A DNA stretch of 64,000 nucleotides from Candidatus Aminicenantes bacterium UBA6228. GTDB taxonomy: Bacteria; Acidobacteriota; Aminicenantia; Aminicenantales; Saccharicenantaceae. Both the position numbers and the translations under genes were made by a program. This document shows, one piece after another, positions 10,318 through 20,785 of the stretch. The stretch lies in assembly GCA_002441005.1 (NCBI GenBank), contig DJWO01000014.1, forward strand, positions 88,662 to 152,661, written 5' to 3'. The notes below the pieces were generated by a model. It searched no databases, had not been told where the DNA came from, and was given only the letters and a program-made list of their open reading frames with translations. Numbering within the stretch: the stretch's first letter is position 1; every line of letters starts with the position of its first letter.

Positions 10318-11481
10318 ATGTATACAAATACAATAAATGCGGGTGCTAATTTGAACCATAACCATCAAAATAACCAAAACAACCAGCCAAAAATATTTAT
10401 CATTGATCATGACCCGAAATACAGCCAGCGGCTGCTTGATTGGCTGACCGGGCTAAGAATTGAAGCCGGGTCTGCGGCTTGCCTGCCGCCTGCTAACCAG
10501 ACAGACAAGTCATTGAAAAACACCATCCTGATTGTTTCTGACCAGCTGCTCCAGGGAGAAAAATGTTCAGAACTTCAGCCCTTAAAAAAGGCTGTTCCCC
10601 AGCTGACGGTGATCGTGCTAACTTCGCCTGCCATTTCCAGCCAGTATCTCACCTGCCTTCAATCTGGATTGGTTGATTATGTTTGTTCCCGGAACAACCT
10701 GCCTTCCATTTTTTCAGCTATCCGGGCTGAACTTGCCTGCCGGCAGCTCCAACAGGAAAACGAATTTTACTTAAAAAATCTGACCAGGTTGAAACTGGAG
10801 CATTCCAGGCATATCAGGAAAATGCTCGAACTGGAAGAAATTTACGATACGACCGTCGAGAATTTGATGACCGCTCTGGATTTAAGGGATGTTGAAACTT
10901 TTGGCCATTCCCAAACTGTTTCTAAATACTGCCAGGTGCTGGCCAGGCTGCTGGGCATCAATCAGCAAACCAGGCTCGATAACATCAGAAAAGGTTCTCT
11001 CCTCCACGATATTGGCAAGATTGCTATCCCCGATTCGATTATTAAAAAACCAGGCCAGTTAACTCCAGACGAATGGGAAAAGATAAGGCTTCATCCTTCA
11101 CTCGGTTTCGGCCTGATTAAAGAAATGAAAATGCTGACCGAAGTTGGCCATATCATCTTATATCATCACGAAAAATATGATGGCTCCGGTTATCCCCGGG
11201 GGTTAAAGAGAGAAGAAATACCGCTGGAATCAAGAATTTTTGCTCTGGCTGATGCTCTGGATGCTATCACTTCTCATCGTCCCTACCGGGCCGAAAGGGA
11301 TTTCCGGACGGCCAGGGAAGAAATTATAAAAAATGCCGCTTCTCATTTTGATCCGCAGGTAGTCGAAGCTTTCTGTTCAATTGATATTGAGAAATGGGAA
11401 AGAATCCGCTTTGAGACCACCAAGCTGATTCCAGCCTTTGAAGAATATCAGTCCCTGCTCAAGAAAAAAAAGCCAGTTTAA
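10318..11481 (+). CDS. Receiver-like plus HD-GYP cyclic-dinucleotide phosphodiesterase
   Basis: RDVETFGHS, LHDIGK, HHEKYDGSGYP, ADALDAITSHRPYR; N-terminal REC-like fold (IFIIDHD, IVSD, VLTS). Start uncertain. Confidence 0.88.
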   Translation: MYTNTINAGANLNHNHQNNQNNQPKIFIIDHDPKYSQRLLDWLTGLRIEAGSAACLPPANQTDKSLKNTILIVSDQLLQGEKCSELQPLKKAVPQLTVIVLTSPAISSQYLTCLQSGLVDYVCSRNNLPSIFSAIRAELACRQLQQENEFYLKNLTRLKLEHSRHIRKMLELEEIYDTTVENLMTALDLRDVETFGHSQTVSKYCQVLARLLGINQQTRLDNIRKGSLLHDIGKIAIPDSIIKKPGQLTPDEWEKIRLHPSLGFGLIKEMKMLTEVGHIILYHHEKYDGSGYPRGLKREEIPLESRIFALADALDAITSHRPYRAERDFRTAREEIIKNAASHFDPQVVEAFCSIDIEKWERIRFETTKLIPAFEEYQSLLKKKKPV

Positions 11482-11505
11482 GGCTTCCAGTTTTAACGGC
11501 CGCGA

Positions 11506-12357
11506 TTAGCGGGACACTCTCCTGGCCGAGACAACCCGCGGAAATCCAGAATAATCAGGCAGCACCTCAATCTCGCTCCAATCAGACTCTAACCATCCGG
11601 TTACTTCTGCTGCCTGGCCGGCCCCAATTTCTATGATCAAAAAGCCACCTGGCTTTAGAAATGTACTGGCTTTTCTCACCAGCTGTCTGATAAATTTCAG
11701 TCCATCCCGTCCAGCAATCAGGGCTTTTTGGGGTTCAAAATCTTTAACCGGCCGGTCGAGCTCTGGCCAGTCGTCCTGAGCCACATAAGGCGGATTGCTA
11801 ACTATAAGATCAAAAGACAACTTACTCTGTTCAAAAGCCTTAAACAGGTTGCTCTGAATAAATCTGATGTTGGTTAACTGGTTCAGCCGGGCATTTTCCC
11901 CGGCCAGTTTTAGGGCTCTTAAAGAAATATCGGTAGCTATGATTCTGGCCGCGGGCAGCTCTTTACCCAGAGAAATCGCAATGTTGCCCGAGCCAGTTCC
12001 CAGATCAAGAATTAGCGGCTCTGGAGGCAGCGGGAGAGACAGAGCTTTTTCTACGACCAGCTCAGTTTCCGGCCTGGGAATCAGAACCGAGCGGTTAACC
12101 CGGAAGGGCAGACCCCAGAATTCTCTCCGGCCAAGAAGGTAAGCTACCGGCCAGCCGCTGAGCCTTTTCCTCACCAGCTGATTGAGCTTCCTTTCAAGCG
12201 ATGGTTTGACCGGCTCAGACATTCTTCTAAAAAATTCAGCCTCATCCATCTTCCCGGCTGCCTTAATCAGAAGCCGGGCTTCAACGAACGGGCAGGAACT
12301 GGTAGCCAGCCGGGCGGCTGTCTCCCTAAAAAGCTGTTCTAAATTCTTAGAGCTCAA
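11506..12357 (-). CDS. prmC: Release factor glutamine methyltransferase
   Basis: VLIPRPETE, LDLGTGSG, IVSNPPY; directly downstream of prfA. Confidence 0.95.
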   Translation of the reverse strand: MSSKNLEQLFRETAARLATSSCPFVEARLLIKAAGKMDEAEFFRRMSEPVKPSLERKLNQLVRKRLSGWPVAYLLGRREFWGLPFRVNRSVLIPRPETELVVEKALSLPLPPEPLILDLGTGSGNIAISLGKELPAARIIATDISLRALKLAGENARLNQLTNIRFIQSNLFKAFEQSKLSFDLIVSNPPYVAQDDWPELDRPVKDFEPQKALIAGRDGLKFIRQLVRKASTFLKPGGFLIIEIGAGQAAEVTGWLESDWSEIEVLPDYSGFPRVVSARRVSR

Positions 12358-13450
12358 GTGGCTGATTTAAAGTTTCCTGAGATTTATCTTCTTCTAAGGC
12401 CCTGGCCTGATAATAGATGACCAGTTTCTCAATCAGTTCGCTCAGGTCACCATCCATGATAGCTTCCAGGTTGTAAAAGCTCTCATTCAGCCGGTGATCG
12501 GTGATCCTCGATTGAGGGAAATTATAAGTTCTAATTTTTTCGCTTCGTTCGCCGCTTCCCACCTGCCGCCTTCTGTCCTGAGAAATCCGGCTGTGTTGTT
12601 CCTGCTGAGCCATGTCCATCAGCCTGGTTCTTAAAATTTTTAAGGCTTTTTCTTTGTTACGGTGCTGGGATTTTTCGTCCTGGCAGGAAACGACCAGGCC
12701 AGAAGGCCGATGAGTAATCCTGATGGCGGTATAATTGCGATTAACATTTTGCCCGCCCGGTCCTGAGGCTCCAAAGGCCTCTATTTTCAAATCCTTGGGA
12801 TCAATCTTGAGGTCTATGTCCTCAGCTTCAGGCAGAACGGCCACCGTCGCCGTCGAAGTATGAATCCGGCCTGAAGCTTCGGTTCTGGGCACCCGCTGAA
12901 CGCGGTGAACCCCGCTTTCATATTTAAGACGGGAATAGACTTTTTTACCCTGAATATTGATTATGGCTTCTTTGATTCCGCCAATAGGAGAGTAACTAAC
13001 ATCCATTAGCTCCCATTTCCAGCCCATTTGCTCGGCATAACGGGTGTACATCCGCAGCAAATCCTGAGCAAAAAGCGAGGCTTCATCCCCGCCGGCGCCA
13101 GCCCTGATTTCCAGGATGACATTCTTTTCATCATTGGGATCTTTGGGCAGAAGCATCAGCTTCAGTTCTTTTTCCAAGGAATCCTTTTTAGACTTTAATG
13201 ACTCGAGTTCGGCTTCAGCCAGATGCTTCAGGTCAGGATCCGAGCTGGCTTCAGCCAGAATTGAATTTGATTCCCCCAGTTCTTTTTCTACCTTTTTATA
13301 TTCGTCATACTTTTTGATCAGGGGTTCAAGCTCGGCCCGCTCCCGGGCTAATTCCTTGATCTTCTGAGGATTGGAGGTAACCGTTGGATCAGAAAGAAGG
13401 GAGATAAGCTGCCTGTATCTTTCACCGGCAGTTTTTAATTCCTGAAGCAT
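12347..13450 (-). CDS. prfA: Peptide chain release factor 1
   Basis: EIRAGAGGDEA, ESGVHRVQRVPRT (PxT), GPGGQ, RTYNFPQ. Confidence 0.97.
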   Translation of the reverse strand: MLQELKTAGERYRQLISLLSDPTVTSNPQKIKELARERAELEPLIKKYDEYKKVEKELGESNSILAEASSDPDLKHLAEAELESLKSKKDSLEKELKLMLLPKDPNDEKNVILEIRAGAGGDEASLFAQDLLRMYTRYAEQMGWKWELMDVSYSPIGGIKEAIINIQGKKVYSRLKYESGVHRVQRVPRTEASGRIHTSTATVAVLPEAEDIDLKIDPKDLKIEAFGASGPGGQNVNRNYTAIRITHRPSGLVVSCQDEKSQHRNKEKALKILRTRLMDMAQQEQHSRISQDRRRQVGSGERSEKIRTYNFPQSRITDHRLNESFYNLEAIMDGDLSELIEKLVIYYQARALEEDKSQETLNQPLEL

Positions 13451-13455
13451 CTCGA

Positions 13456-13665
13456 TTATTTTTTGGCTTTAGCCGCATATTTTTTCCTGAATTTCTCCAC
13501 CCGGCCGGCCGTGTCCATAAGCCTCTGCTTGCCGGTGAAGAAAGGATGGCACTGGGAACAGATTTCAACCCTGATTTCTTTCTTGGTTGATCTGGTCTTA
13601 AAAGTATTGCCGCAGGCACAAATCACGGTGCATTCCTGATATTCTGGATGAATTCCTTTTTTCAT
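13456..13665 (-). CDS. rpmE: 50S ribosomal protein L31 (zinc-binding form)
   Basis: [23 protein letters not shown]. Confidence 0.97.
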   Translation of the reverse strand: MKKGIHPEYQECTVICACGNTFKTRSTKKEIRVEICSQCHPFFTGKQRLMDTAGRVEKFRKKYAAKAKK

Positions 13666-13712
13666 ACTCTCCTCTCCTCTTTAGGCTCTTGATTATAGCA
13701 GGTTTAACCTGC

Positions 13713-14576
13713 TCAGTAAAGAAGGCCGGCCTTTTGACTTTTTTCCTGAAGCAGCTGGTGGTCAAGATTGAAGCGAGAGGTTTTTTCCACGTGTCGGGCG
13801 ATTTCCTTATAGACTTTTGAATTAATATATTCTTTTAATGACTCGCTTAGAGGATAAACCTGCTCTTCGGCCTGCCAGTCGTAGACCTGGCCATTTTCCC
13901 TCTGGAGGCAGCCGAGATAAACCGCCCAGGCTAACTGCCGGAAAGGAACATGACTGAACTGGTGGCGGATAGCTTTTATCTCCCCTTCCTTAATGGGATT
14001 GACGAAATAGAGGTACCTGGAAAAAAGGAGGGCATTGTGAAAATAGGCTGGGAAAGCCACCAGCGCCTCTAAATCAATCAGTTTTGATAAATAAAGAAAA
14101 CTCTCAAGCACCTTTTTTGACAGGCTCAGGCCCGGCCTGGTCTGGCCAGGAAGTGGCCCATGGTGGCCGCTAAATTCCACCCGTGGATTCTGCAGGGTCA
14201 GCCATTCAAATAGCAGGGCATGTTGAGGCGGCAAGGTAAAGCCGTGTTTTTCCGGGGCCAGAAATCTGGTCTCGCTTTCCTTTATCTTTAAATCAACGAT
14301 AACCCTGGCTGGATCCTCTTTCTCCCAGTAGATCAGCAATCGCTGCACAGGATAATCAGAAGAATCGAGGCGGTATTTGAGGGGCCAGAGGTTTCTTTTC
14401 TTGGCTTCGCGGAAAAAACCCTTTTTGGCCAGGACTCCCATGACCTCTTTAAGCGTGTAACGGCCAAGAAAGAGCAAAGACCCGCGGGCCGGCCCCAAAC
14501 CGGAAAAGATCTCATCTTCTTTGAGGCCAGGCTCCCCGGCCGGGAAAGAGTTTCGCTTATTGTCCTGATCTGTCAT
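13713..14576 (-). CDS. Conserved hypothetical protein
   Basis: 287-aa ORF overlapping the rsmD stop by 4 nt; FEWLTLQNPR, LPGQTRPGL and PAYFHNA look like conserved blocks. Confidence 0.7.
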   Translation of the reverse strand: MTDQDNKRNSFPAGEPGLKEDEIFSGLGPARGSLLFLGRYTLKEVMGVLAKKGFFREAKKRNLWPLKYRLDSSDYPVQRLLIYWEKEDPARVIVDLKIKESETRFLAPEKHGFTLPPQHALLFEWLTLQNPRVEFSGHHGPLPGQTRPGLSLSKKVLESFLYLSKLIDLEALVAFPAYFHNALLFSRYLYFVNPIKEGEIKAIRHQFSHVPFRQLAWAVYLGCLQRENGQVYDWQAEEQVYPLSESLKEYINSKVYKEIARHVEKTSRFNLDHQLLQEKSQKAGLLY

Positions 14577-15199
14577 TTTGGTTCACTCTTAATTTTTTTT
14601 ATTTTACCAGGCTTGACTTTCCGCTCCTCCTGGCTGCCCTGGCTGGTGACTGTTTTACCTGAATAAATGGAGAAAATATCATCACCAAAGTCCACCCGCC
14701 GGATCAGTTCAAAATCATCTTTCGAGGGACAATAACGGCGCTGATGACGGATAATAAGCAAGCCATCAGGCTTGAGAATCTGCCTTTTCCTGATGACTTT
14801 TAAAGGATTCCGGTCGGCCAGAAGCTGATAGGGAGGATCAAGAAAAATAAGGTCAAAAGATACATGTTTTTTAGCCAGGTCAATGACTGCCCGGTTAAAT
14901 TCCCGGTTGATGACCAGGGCCAGATCATCGGCCCCGCATTTTTTGATGTTAGCTTCAATCGTTTTGGCCGCTAACGGCAATTGTTCTATAAAGACTGCCC
15001 GCCGGGCTCCCCGGCTGAGAGCTTCCAGGCCAACTGAACCGGTGCCGGCAAAGCCATCCAGAAAACTAGTCTCAGCAATTCTTTCCTGCAGGATATTAAA
15101 CAGAGAGCCGCGGAGTTTGGCTGGCAAAGGCCGGACCAGCGGGCTTCCGACCAGTCTGAGAACCCTGCCCTTATACCGGCCGGCAATTATTCTGATCAC
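14573..15199 (-). CDS. rsmD: 16S rRNA m2G966 methyltransferase
   Basis: IRIIAGRYKGR, LDGFAGTGSVGLEALSRGA, FLDPPY. Confidence 0.92.
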   Translation of the reverse strand: MIRIIAGRYKGRVLRLVGSPLVRPLPAKLRGSLFNILQERIAETSFLDGFAGTGSVGLEALSRGARRAVFIEQLPLAAKTIEANIKKCGADDLALVINREFNRAVIDLAKKHVSFDLIFLDPPYQLLADRNPLKVIRKRQILKPDGLLIIRHQRRYCPSKDDFELIRRVDFGDDIFSIYSGKTVTSQGSQEERKVKPGKIKKIKSEPK

Positions 15200-15350
15200 C
15201 CTGAAACCTCACCTTCAGTAATAAATCAGGAGCTGTCCGCGGTCAGCCTTTCAATCAGCGGCACTAAATGGCAATCAAACCGCTTTTTGCTCCTTTGGAA
15301 TAAATTTACCAGTTATCCGGTGATTTGTAAACTCAGACTGGCTGGTTTCC

Positions 15351-15379
15351 TTGACACTATTCAGGGGGTAAACTATACT
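15351..15379 (+). promoter_or_regulatory. Sigma70-type promoter of thiC
   Basis: TTGACA-N17-TATACT, 40 nt upstream of the ATG. Confidence 0.65.
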
Positions 15380-15419
15380 GAATTTTTAAGAATACCCAGT
15401 CAGAAAGAGAGCCAAAATC

Positions 15420-16721
15420 ATGACCCTGGTTGAACAAGCAAGAAAAGGTATTTTGACTCCGCTCTTCAAGAAAATCACCGCCGAAGAGAATATTAACCCT
15501 GATGAGCTTCTAGCACTCTTAGCCGGTGGACAGGTAGTTATCCCTTATAATAAAAGGCACAGATCGGTCCGCCCGGTGGCTATTGGCCAGAAAATGAGGA
15601 CCAAGGTCAACGTCAATCTGGGAACTTCCCGGGATTATCCTGATCTCCGGAGCGAGATTGCCAAGTTGAAATTAAGCCTCAAATACCAGACTGATGCGGT
15701 CATGGATTTGAGTACCGGAGGCAATATTAAGAGCATTAGAAAAAAACTGCTGGCTCTTTCTACTGTCCCCTTAGGGACTGTACCGGTCTATCAGGCTGCA
15801 ATTGAAGCCATAGAAAAACGGGGCTCGATAGTCAAAATGACCGAGGATGATCTTTTCAGGACAATAAAAGATCAGGCAGAAGAAGGAGTGGATTTTATGA
15901 CTGTTCACTGCGGCCTGACCCTTAAGGCGGTGGACAGGCTCAAGAAGCAGGGGCGGGTGGCTGATATCGTTTCCCGGGGCGGGGCTTTTCATTTAGCCTG
16001 GATGCTTCATAATCAGAAAGAGAATCCCCTCTATGCTAATTTTGACCGGCTGCTCGATTTAGCTCAAAAATATGAGGTGACTTTAAGTCTTGGTGATGGC
16101 TTAAGGCCCGGGGCGATTTATGATGCCACTGACCGCCCGCAGATTGAGGAGCTTCTGACCCTGGGAGAGCTGGTCAAAAGGGCCCGTCAGGCCGGCGTTC
16201 AGGTGATGGTGGAGGGACCGGGCCATGTTCCACTTGATCAGGTAGTAATGAATATCAGGCTGGAAAAAAGAGTTTGTGAACAGGCGCCCTTCTATGTTCT
16301 GGGACCCCTGGTGACTGACATTGCTCCTGGTTATGACCATATTGTTTCGGCTATTGGAGGGGCAGTTGCAGCCTCGGCCGGTGCCGATTTTCTTTGCTAT
16401 GTAACTCCAGCCGAGCATCTTGGCCTGCCTTCGCTGGAGGATGTCAAAGATGGGTTGATTGCAGCCAGGATAGCCGGCCATGCGGCTGATATTGTTAAGG
16501 GCCTTCCCGGAGCAATTGACAGAGATCATAAGCTTTCCCGGGCCAGAAAAAAACTTGACTGGGAAACCCAGCAAAAGCTGGCTATCGACCCCATAAAATT
16601 TGCTCAAATCAGAAAACGGAGAAAATCAAAAACCACAGCCTGCTCCATGTGTGGAGAATTCTGTGCGATGAAAATCGTCAGCGAGTTTTTAACTGGAAAG
16701 GCTGATGACTCCTGCCTCTGA
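15420..16721 (+). CDS. thiC: Phosphomethylpyrimidine synthase (short ThiC form)
   Basis: [62 protein letters not shown]. ThiC paralogues (Bza-type) not excluded. Confidence 0.9.
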   Translation: MTLVEQARKGILTPLFKKITAEENINPDELLALLAGGQVVIPYNKRHRSVRPVAIGQKMRTKVNVNLGTSRDYPDLRSEIAKLKLSLKYQTDAVMDLSTGGNIKSIRKKLLALSTVPLGTVPVYQAAIEAIEKRGSIVKMTEDDLFRTIKDQAEEGVDFMTVHCGLTLKAVDRLKKQGRVADIVSRGGAFHLAWMLHNQKENPLYANFDRLLDLAQKYEVTLSLGDGLRPGAIYDATDRPQIEELLTLGELVKRARQAGVQVMVEGPGHVPLDQVVMNIRLEKRVCEQAPFYVLGPLVTDIAPGYDHIVSAIGGAVAASAGADFLCYVTPAEHLGLPSLEDVKDGLIAARIAGHAADIVKGLPGAIDRDHKLSRARKKLDWETQQKLAIDPIKFAQIRKRRKSKTTACSMCGEFCAMKIVSEFLTGKADDSCL

Positions 16722-17604
16722 CGATCTTCGCTTCGGCGTAGCCGGGATCCCTCATTCCTGCCCTGGAAATTCCTCGCTTCGAGCCATAGATTATCTGGTT
16801 TCTATTGGTCTTGATGCTCTGGAACTGGAGTTTGTTCAGGGACTTAAAATGGGCCAGGAAACGGCAGGCCAGATTAAGATAAAAGCCAGCCAGCTGGGGA
16901 TAAAGCTCAGCGCCCACGCTCCCTATTTTATAAACCTGAATGCTGAAGATCCGGGTCAGAGGATGCGAAGCCAGGATTTACTGCTTAATTCCCTGCGGCT
17001 GGCAGCCTCGACCGGAGCCTCCGATCTGGTCTTCCATGCTGGCTATTATGGCCGTAAGACACCCGCAGAAACTTACAGCCGGATTAAGGATAGCTTGAAA
17101 GATATCCTGTCCATCAGCCGCCTGGAAAAGATACCGGCCAGGCTGAGAATTGAAACCATGGGCAAAAGGCAGCAGTTTGGCAGCCTGGATGAAGTCCTGT
17201 CACTTTGCCGGGAGCTCGATGGGCTTTCACCTTGCCTTGATTTTGCTCATATTCTGGCCCGCGAAGGAAAAATCAATTCCTACCGGGACTTTTCTCAGGT
17301 GCTGAGAAAAGTAGAGAAAAAGCTTGGCCGCCGGGCTCTCAGTACAGCCCACATTCACATTTCAGGGGTCATTTTTAATCAGCATGGAGAAATCAAGCAT
17401 ATCAATCTTGACGAATCAGAGTTTCACTATGATGACTGGCTCCAGGCTGTATTTGAAGCTGGTATCAAAGGGACTATTATTGATGAGAGCCCTGCCCGTG
17501 AAGCTGATGCCCTGCGCTTGAAAAATCTTTATCTCAATCTCCAGGAAAAAGGAACCAGGGCTGAACCCGGCCATAACAGACATGATTTTCTTGACACTGA
17601 CTGA
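16705..17604 (+). CDS. Endonuclease IV / AP-endonuclease-2 family TIM-barrel protein
   Basis: [30 protein letters not shown] and HIHISG metal-ligand motifs. Confidence 0.8.
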   Translation: MTPASDDLRFGVAGIPHSCPGNSSLRAIDYLVSIGLDALELEFVQGLKMGQETAGQIKIKASQLGIKLSAHAPYFINLNAEDPGQRMRSQDLLLNSLRLAASTGASDLVFHAGYYGRKTPAETYSRIKDSLKDILSISRLEKIPARLRIETMGKRQQFGSLDEVLSLCRELDGLSPCLDFAHILAREGKINSYRDFSQVLRKVEKKLGRRALSTAHIHISGVIFNQHGEIKHINLDESEFHYDDWLQAVFEAGIKGTIIDESPAREADALRLKNLYLNLQEKGTRAEPGHNRHDFLDTD

Positions 17605-17619
17605 GCTAAAGTCTAAACT
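17591..17619 (+). promoter_or_regulatory. Candidate sigma70 promoter of the por operon
   Basis: TTGACA-N17-TAAACT. Confidence 0.45.
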
Positions 17620-17825
17620 AAATTCTAATTATTAGATAGCCTAAATCATTATGAATTCAAAAATTATCGGGGAAAAAGAGGAGTCTTTTTTAGATTATGC
17701 CCGGGAATCATTCCGGCTGGCTGATTCAGCCAATCTGAACCGCTGTTACCAGCCAGAACTTTTTTCTGGCCAGCCGGGCAGTTAGTTTAAATCATGGTGA
17801 ACTATATCAGATAAAGGAGAGGTAG

Positions 17826-18368
17826 ATGATTGAAATTCGTTTCCATGGACGAGGCGGCCAGGGGACGGTCGTAGCCTCAAAAATTCTGGCTGATGCTCTG
17901 GCCAAAGAAGGCAATTTCGTTCAGGCTTATCCGGAGTTCGGGGTTGAACGCCGGGGGGCACCGGTCTTTGCTTTTATTCGCATTGATCATCAGCCAATCT
18001 ATGACAAGAGCCGGATCTATAATCCGGATCATGTGGTGGTGGTCGATCCGACCCTGGTTGAAGCCATTGATGTTACTGAAGGTCTTAAAGATGGCGGCTA
18101 TATCATCATCAACAGCCCGAAGAAGCCGGAAGATTTCAAGTTTCCTGACAAATTCAAGGTCTTCGCTATTGATGCTACCGAAATAGCTGTCCGGCATAAA
18201 CTCGGGACGCTGGCTGCTCCGATTGTTAATACCGCTATAGTTGGAGCCGTGGTCAAAATATTAAAGTTGACCAGACTGGAATCGCTGGTCGCAGCTATCA
18301 AAGAAGGCGTGCCACAGAAGCCTGAGGAAAATGTGCAGGCAGCCATTGAAGCTTATGAAAAAGCTTGA
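17826..18368 (+). CDS. porC: Pyruvate/2-oxoacid:ferredoxin oxidoreductase gamma subunit
   Basis: EIRFHGRGGQG, FGVERRGAPV, NTAIVGA. Confidence 0.92.
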   Translation: MIEIRFHGRGGQGTVVASKILADALAKEGNFVQAYPEFGVERRGAPVFAFIRIDHQPIYDKSRIYNPDHVVVVDPTLVEAIDVTEGLKDGGYIIINSPKKPEDFKFPDKFKVFAIDATEIAVRHKLGTLAAPIVNTAIVGAVVKILKLTRLESLVAAIKEGVPQKPEENVQAAIEAYEKA

Positions 18369-18379
18369 GGGAGGAAGCG

Positions 18380-18679
18380 ATGAGCAAAAAGAAAGACGAT
18401 AAAAGAATAATTTTTGTGTCAGAAACAGAGATGCCGCCGGTGGCCATGTCTCTTGGTTCGATGCTCTACAACAAGACTGGCGCCTGGCGGAATATCAAGC
18501 CAGTCATAGATTTATCCAGATGCCTAAAATGCGGCATCTGCTGGAAATTCTGTCCTGATACCTCGATCGACATCGTTGAAGAGTGGCCTCAGATTAACTA
18601 CGATTTCTGCAAGGGCTGCGGCATCTGTGCCGAAGAATGCCCCGAAAAATGTATTGTCATGGTTGAGGAGGAAAAATGA
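18380..18679 (+). CDS. porD: 2-oxoacid:ferredoxin oxidoreductase delta subunit, 2x[4Fe-4S]
   Basis: KTGAWR-KP, CLKCGICWKFCP, CKGCGICAEECP; start at ATG 18380. Confidence 0.92.
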   Translation: MSKKKDDKRIIFVSETEMPPVAMSLGSMLYNKTGAWRNIKPVIDLSRCLKCGICWKFCPDTSIDIVEEWPQINYDFCKGCGICAEECPEKCIVMVEEEK

Positions 18680-19830
18680 GAAAAGTAATTATGGGAAACC
18701 ACTCCCTGTCCTACGGAGCGATGCTCTCCAGGGCTCAGGTTATTGCTGCCTATCCGATTACTCCCCAGACTCAAGTTGTTGAACTTCTGTCAGAAATGTG
18801 TGCTGATGGGACGCTGGAGGCTAAGTTCATTAAAGTTGAATCTGAACACTCAGCCATGGCTGCCTGTTTAGGAGCCTCTATGGCCGGGGCCAGAACCTTT
18901 ACCGCCACTTCCGCCCAGGGTCTGGCTCTGATGCATGAAATGCTTCACTGGGCAGCTGGCGGCCGGATGCCGGTCGTCATGGGTGACATCAACCGTTCCA
19001 TGGCTCCTGGCTGGAGCATCTGGACTGACCAGAATGATAGCCTGTCGCAGAGAGACACTGGCTGGATTCAATTTTATTGCTCTTCCAATCAGGAAGTGGT
19101 GGATACAGTCATTCAGGCTTACAAGGTGTCGGAAAAACTGATGATCCCGAGCATGGTTATCCTTGATGCTTTTGCCCTTTCCCATACTTATGAAGTAGTT
19201 GATATTCCCGAACAGGCCAAAGTTGATGCCTATCTTCCACCCTTTAACCCGCCCTACCGTTTGACACCTGATGATCCTCACGCTTTCGGTGGGCTGACTT
19301 CTTCTGATCACTATATGGAACTTCGCTATAGACTCCAGAAAGATATGGAAAAAGTTCCGGCTCTGATTGAAGAAACTGGCCGCGAATATGAACAGATGTT
19401 CGGGCGCTATCTCGGACAGGTTGAAAATTACCTGTGCGATGGGGCTGAACTGGTCCTGGTCACTTCTGGAACGGCTGGTTATACCGCCCGGGTGGCAGTG
19501 GATGAACTAAGAGCCCGGGGCATCAAGGCCGGTAACCTCCGGATCAAGCTTTTCCGCCCCTTCCCCTTTGAGCCGGTCCGCTCGATTCTGTCGAAGGTAC
19601 CCAAAGTGGCCGTTCTCGACCGGAATATTTCTTACGGGCATCATGGAATTTTCTATCAGGAAGTTAAGTCAGCTATGTATGGACAACCGTCACAGCCGGC
19701 TATCTTTGGCTTCATTGCTGGACTGGGCGGGCGTGATATTACCAGAGAGTCTTTTAAGGAAATCGCTGATTATACGCTCAAACATGACCGGCCCGAAGAA
19801 GAAATCGTCTGGATAGGAGTAAAGAAATGA
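18676..19830 (+). CDS. porA: 2-oxoacid:ferredoxin oxidoreductase alpha subunit
   Basis: AAYPITPQT, VESEHSAM, TATSAQGL, GLGGRD. Confidence 0.93.
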   Translation: MRKVIMGNHSLSYGAMLSRAQVIAAYPITPQTQVVELLSEMCADGTLEAKFIKVESEHSAMAACLGASMAGARTFTATSAQGLALMHEMLHWAAGGRMPVVMGDINRSMAPGWSIWTDQNDSLSQRDTGWIQFYCSSNQEVVDTVIQAYKVSEKLMIPSMVILDAFALSHTYEVVDIPEQAKVDAYLPPFNPPYRLTPDDPHAFGGLTSSDHYMELRYRLQKDMEKVPALIEETGREYEQMFGRYLGQVENYLCDGAELVLVTSGTAGYTARVAVDELRARGIKAGNLRIKLFRPFPFEPVRSILSKVPKVAVLDRNISYGHHGIFYQEVKSAMYGQPSQPAIFGFIAGLGGRDITRESFKEIADYTLKHDRPEEEIVWIGVKK

Positions 19831-20723
19831 GTAAAGAAAGAAAAATGACTATAACTTTACCAAGAGAAGAACTGATGAGCTCTGGCCATTTAGCCTGTCA
19901 GGGCTGCGGGGCGACTTTAGCTATGAGATATGCCTTAAAAGCTCTCGGTCAGAAAACCATCCTCTGCATTCCGGCCTGCTGCTGGTCAGTTATTGACGGT
20001 CCTTTCCCCCATTCCTCGCTGGATGTGCCAATTTACCACTGTGCCTTTGAAACTGCTGCTTCTTCAGCCAGCGGGGTCAGAGCTGGTCTGGACATGGTCG
20101 GCGATAAAGAAACTACAGTCATGGCCTGGGCTGGCGATGGCGGGACCTTTGATATCGGCATTCAGGCCCTGTCCGGGGCAGCAGAAAGAAATGAAGACTT
20201 CATCTATGCCTGTTATGACAACGAGGCCTATATGAATACCGGCATCCAGCGGAGCTCAGCTACCCCGCTTGGCGCCTGGACGACAACCACTCCGGTTAAG
20301 CATTATAAGAAGGAAAGGAAAAAAGACATCATCGGCATTATGGCTGCCCACGATATCCCCTATATTGCCACCGCCAGTATAGCTTATCCTGAAGATATGA
20401 TAAAAAAATTCAAAAAGGCCAAGGACATCCATGGAACCAGGTTTATTCATATCTACGCTCCCTGTCCAACCGGCTGGAAGAGCCGGCCGGACGATACAGT
20501 CAAGCTGGCCAGGCTGGCTGTTCAGACCGGCTATTTCCCTCTGTACGAAATAGAAGAGGGAGAAAAGCGGACGCTTAATCTAAGAATTAAAGAAAGAAAA
20601 CCGATTACTGACTATCTCAAACTGCAGGGACGATTCCGCCATCTGAAGCAGGATGAAATCGATTTAATCCAGGCTGAAGTTGACAACAACTATCAGAAAA
20701 TCCTTAAAAAGTGCGGCCTGTAG
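19827..20723 (+). CDS. porB: 2-oxoacid:ferredoxin oxidoreductase beta subunit (TPP-binding)
   Basis: GHLACQGCG, GDGG, YDNEAYMNTGIQRS, PCPTGW. Substrate (pyruvate vs branched-chain) unresolved. Confidence 0.92.
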   Translation: MSKERKMTITLPREELMSSGHLACQGCGATLAMRYALKALGQKTILCIPACCWSVIDGPFPHSSLDVPIYHCAFETAASSASGVRAGLDMVGDKETTVMAWAGDGGTFDIGIQALSGAAERNEDFIYACYDNEAYMNTGIQRSSATPLGAWTTTTPVKHYKKERKKDIIGIMAAHDIPYIATASIAYPEDMIKKFKKAKDIHGTRFIHIYAPCPTGWKSRPDDTVKLARLAVQTGYFPLYEIEEGEKRTLNLRIKERKPITDYLKLQGRFRHLKQDEIDLIQAEVDNNYQKILKKCGL

Positions 20724-20785
20724 GCTAATCTCTTATAGGCTGGGAACTAATTCAATCTAATCCGATGATCAAAAGGAGAAAAAGA

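Noticed and set aside
15200-15420. TPP riboswitch upstream of thiC
   Set aside because: No CTGAGA or conserved aptamer core, and the predicted leader is too short.
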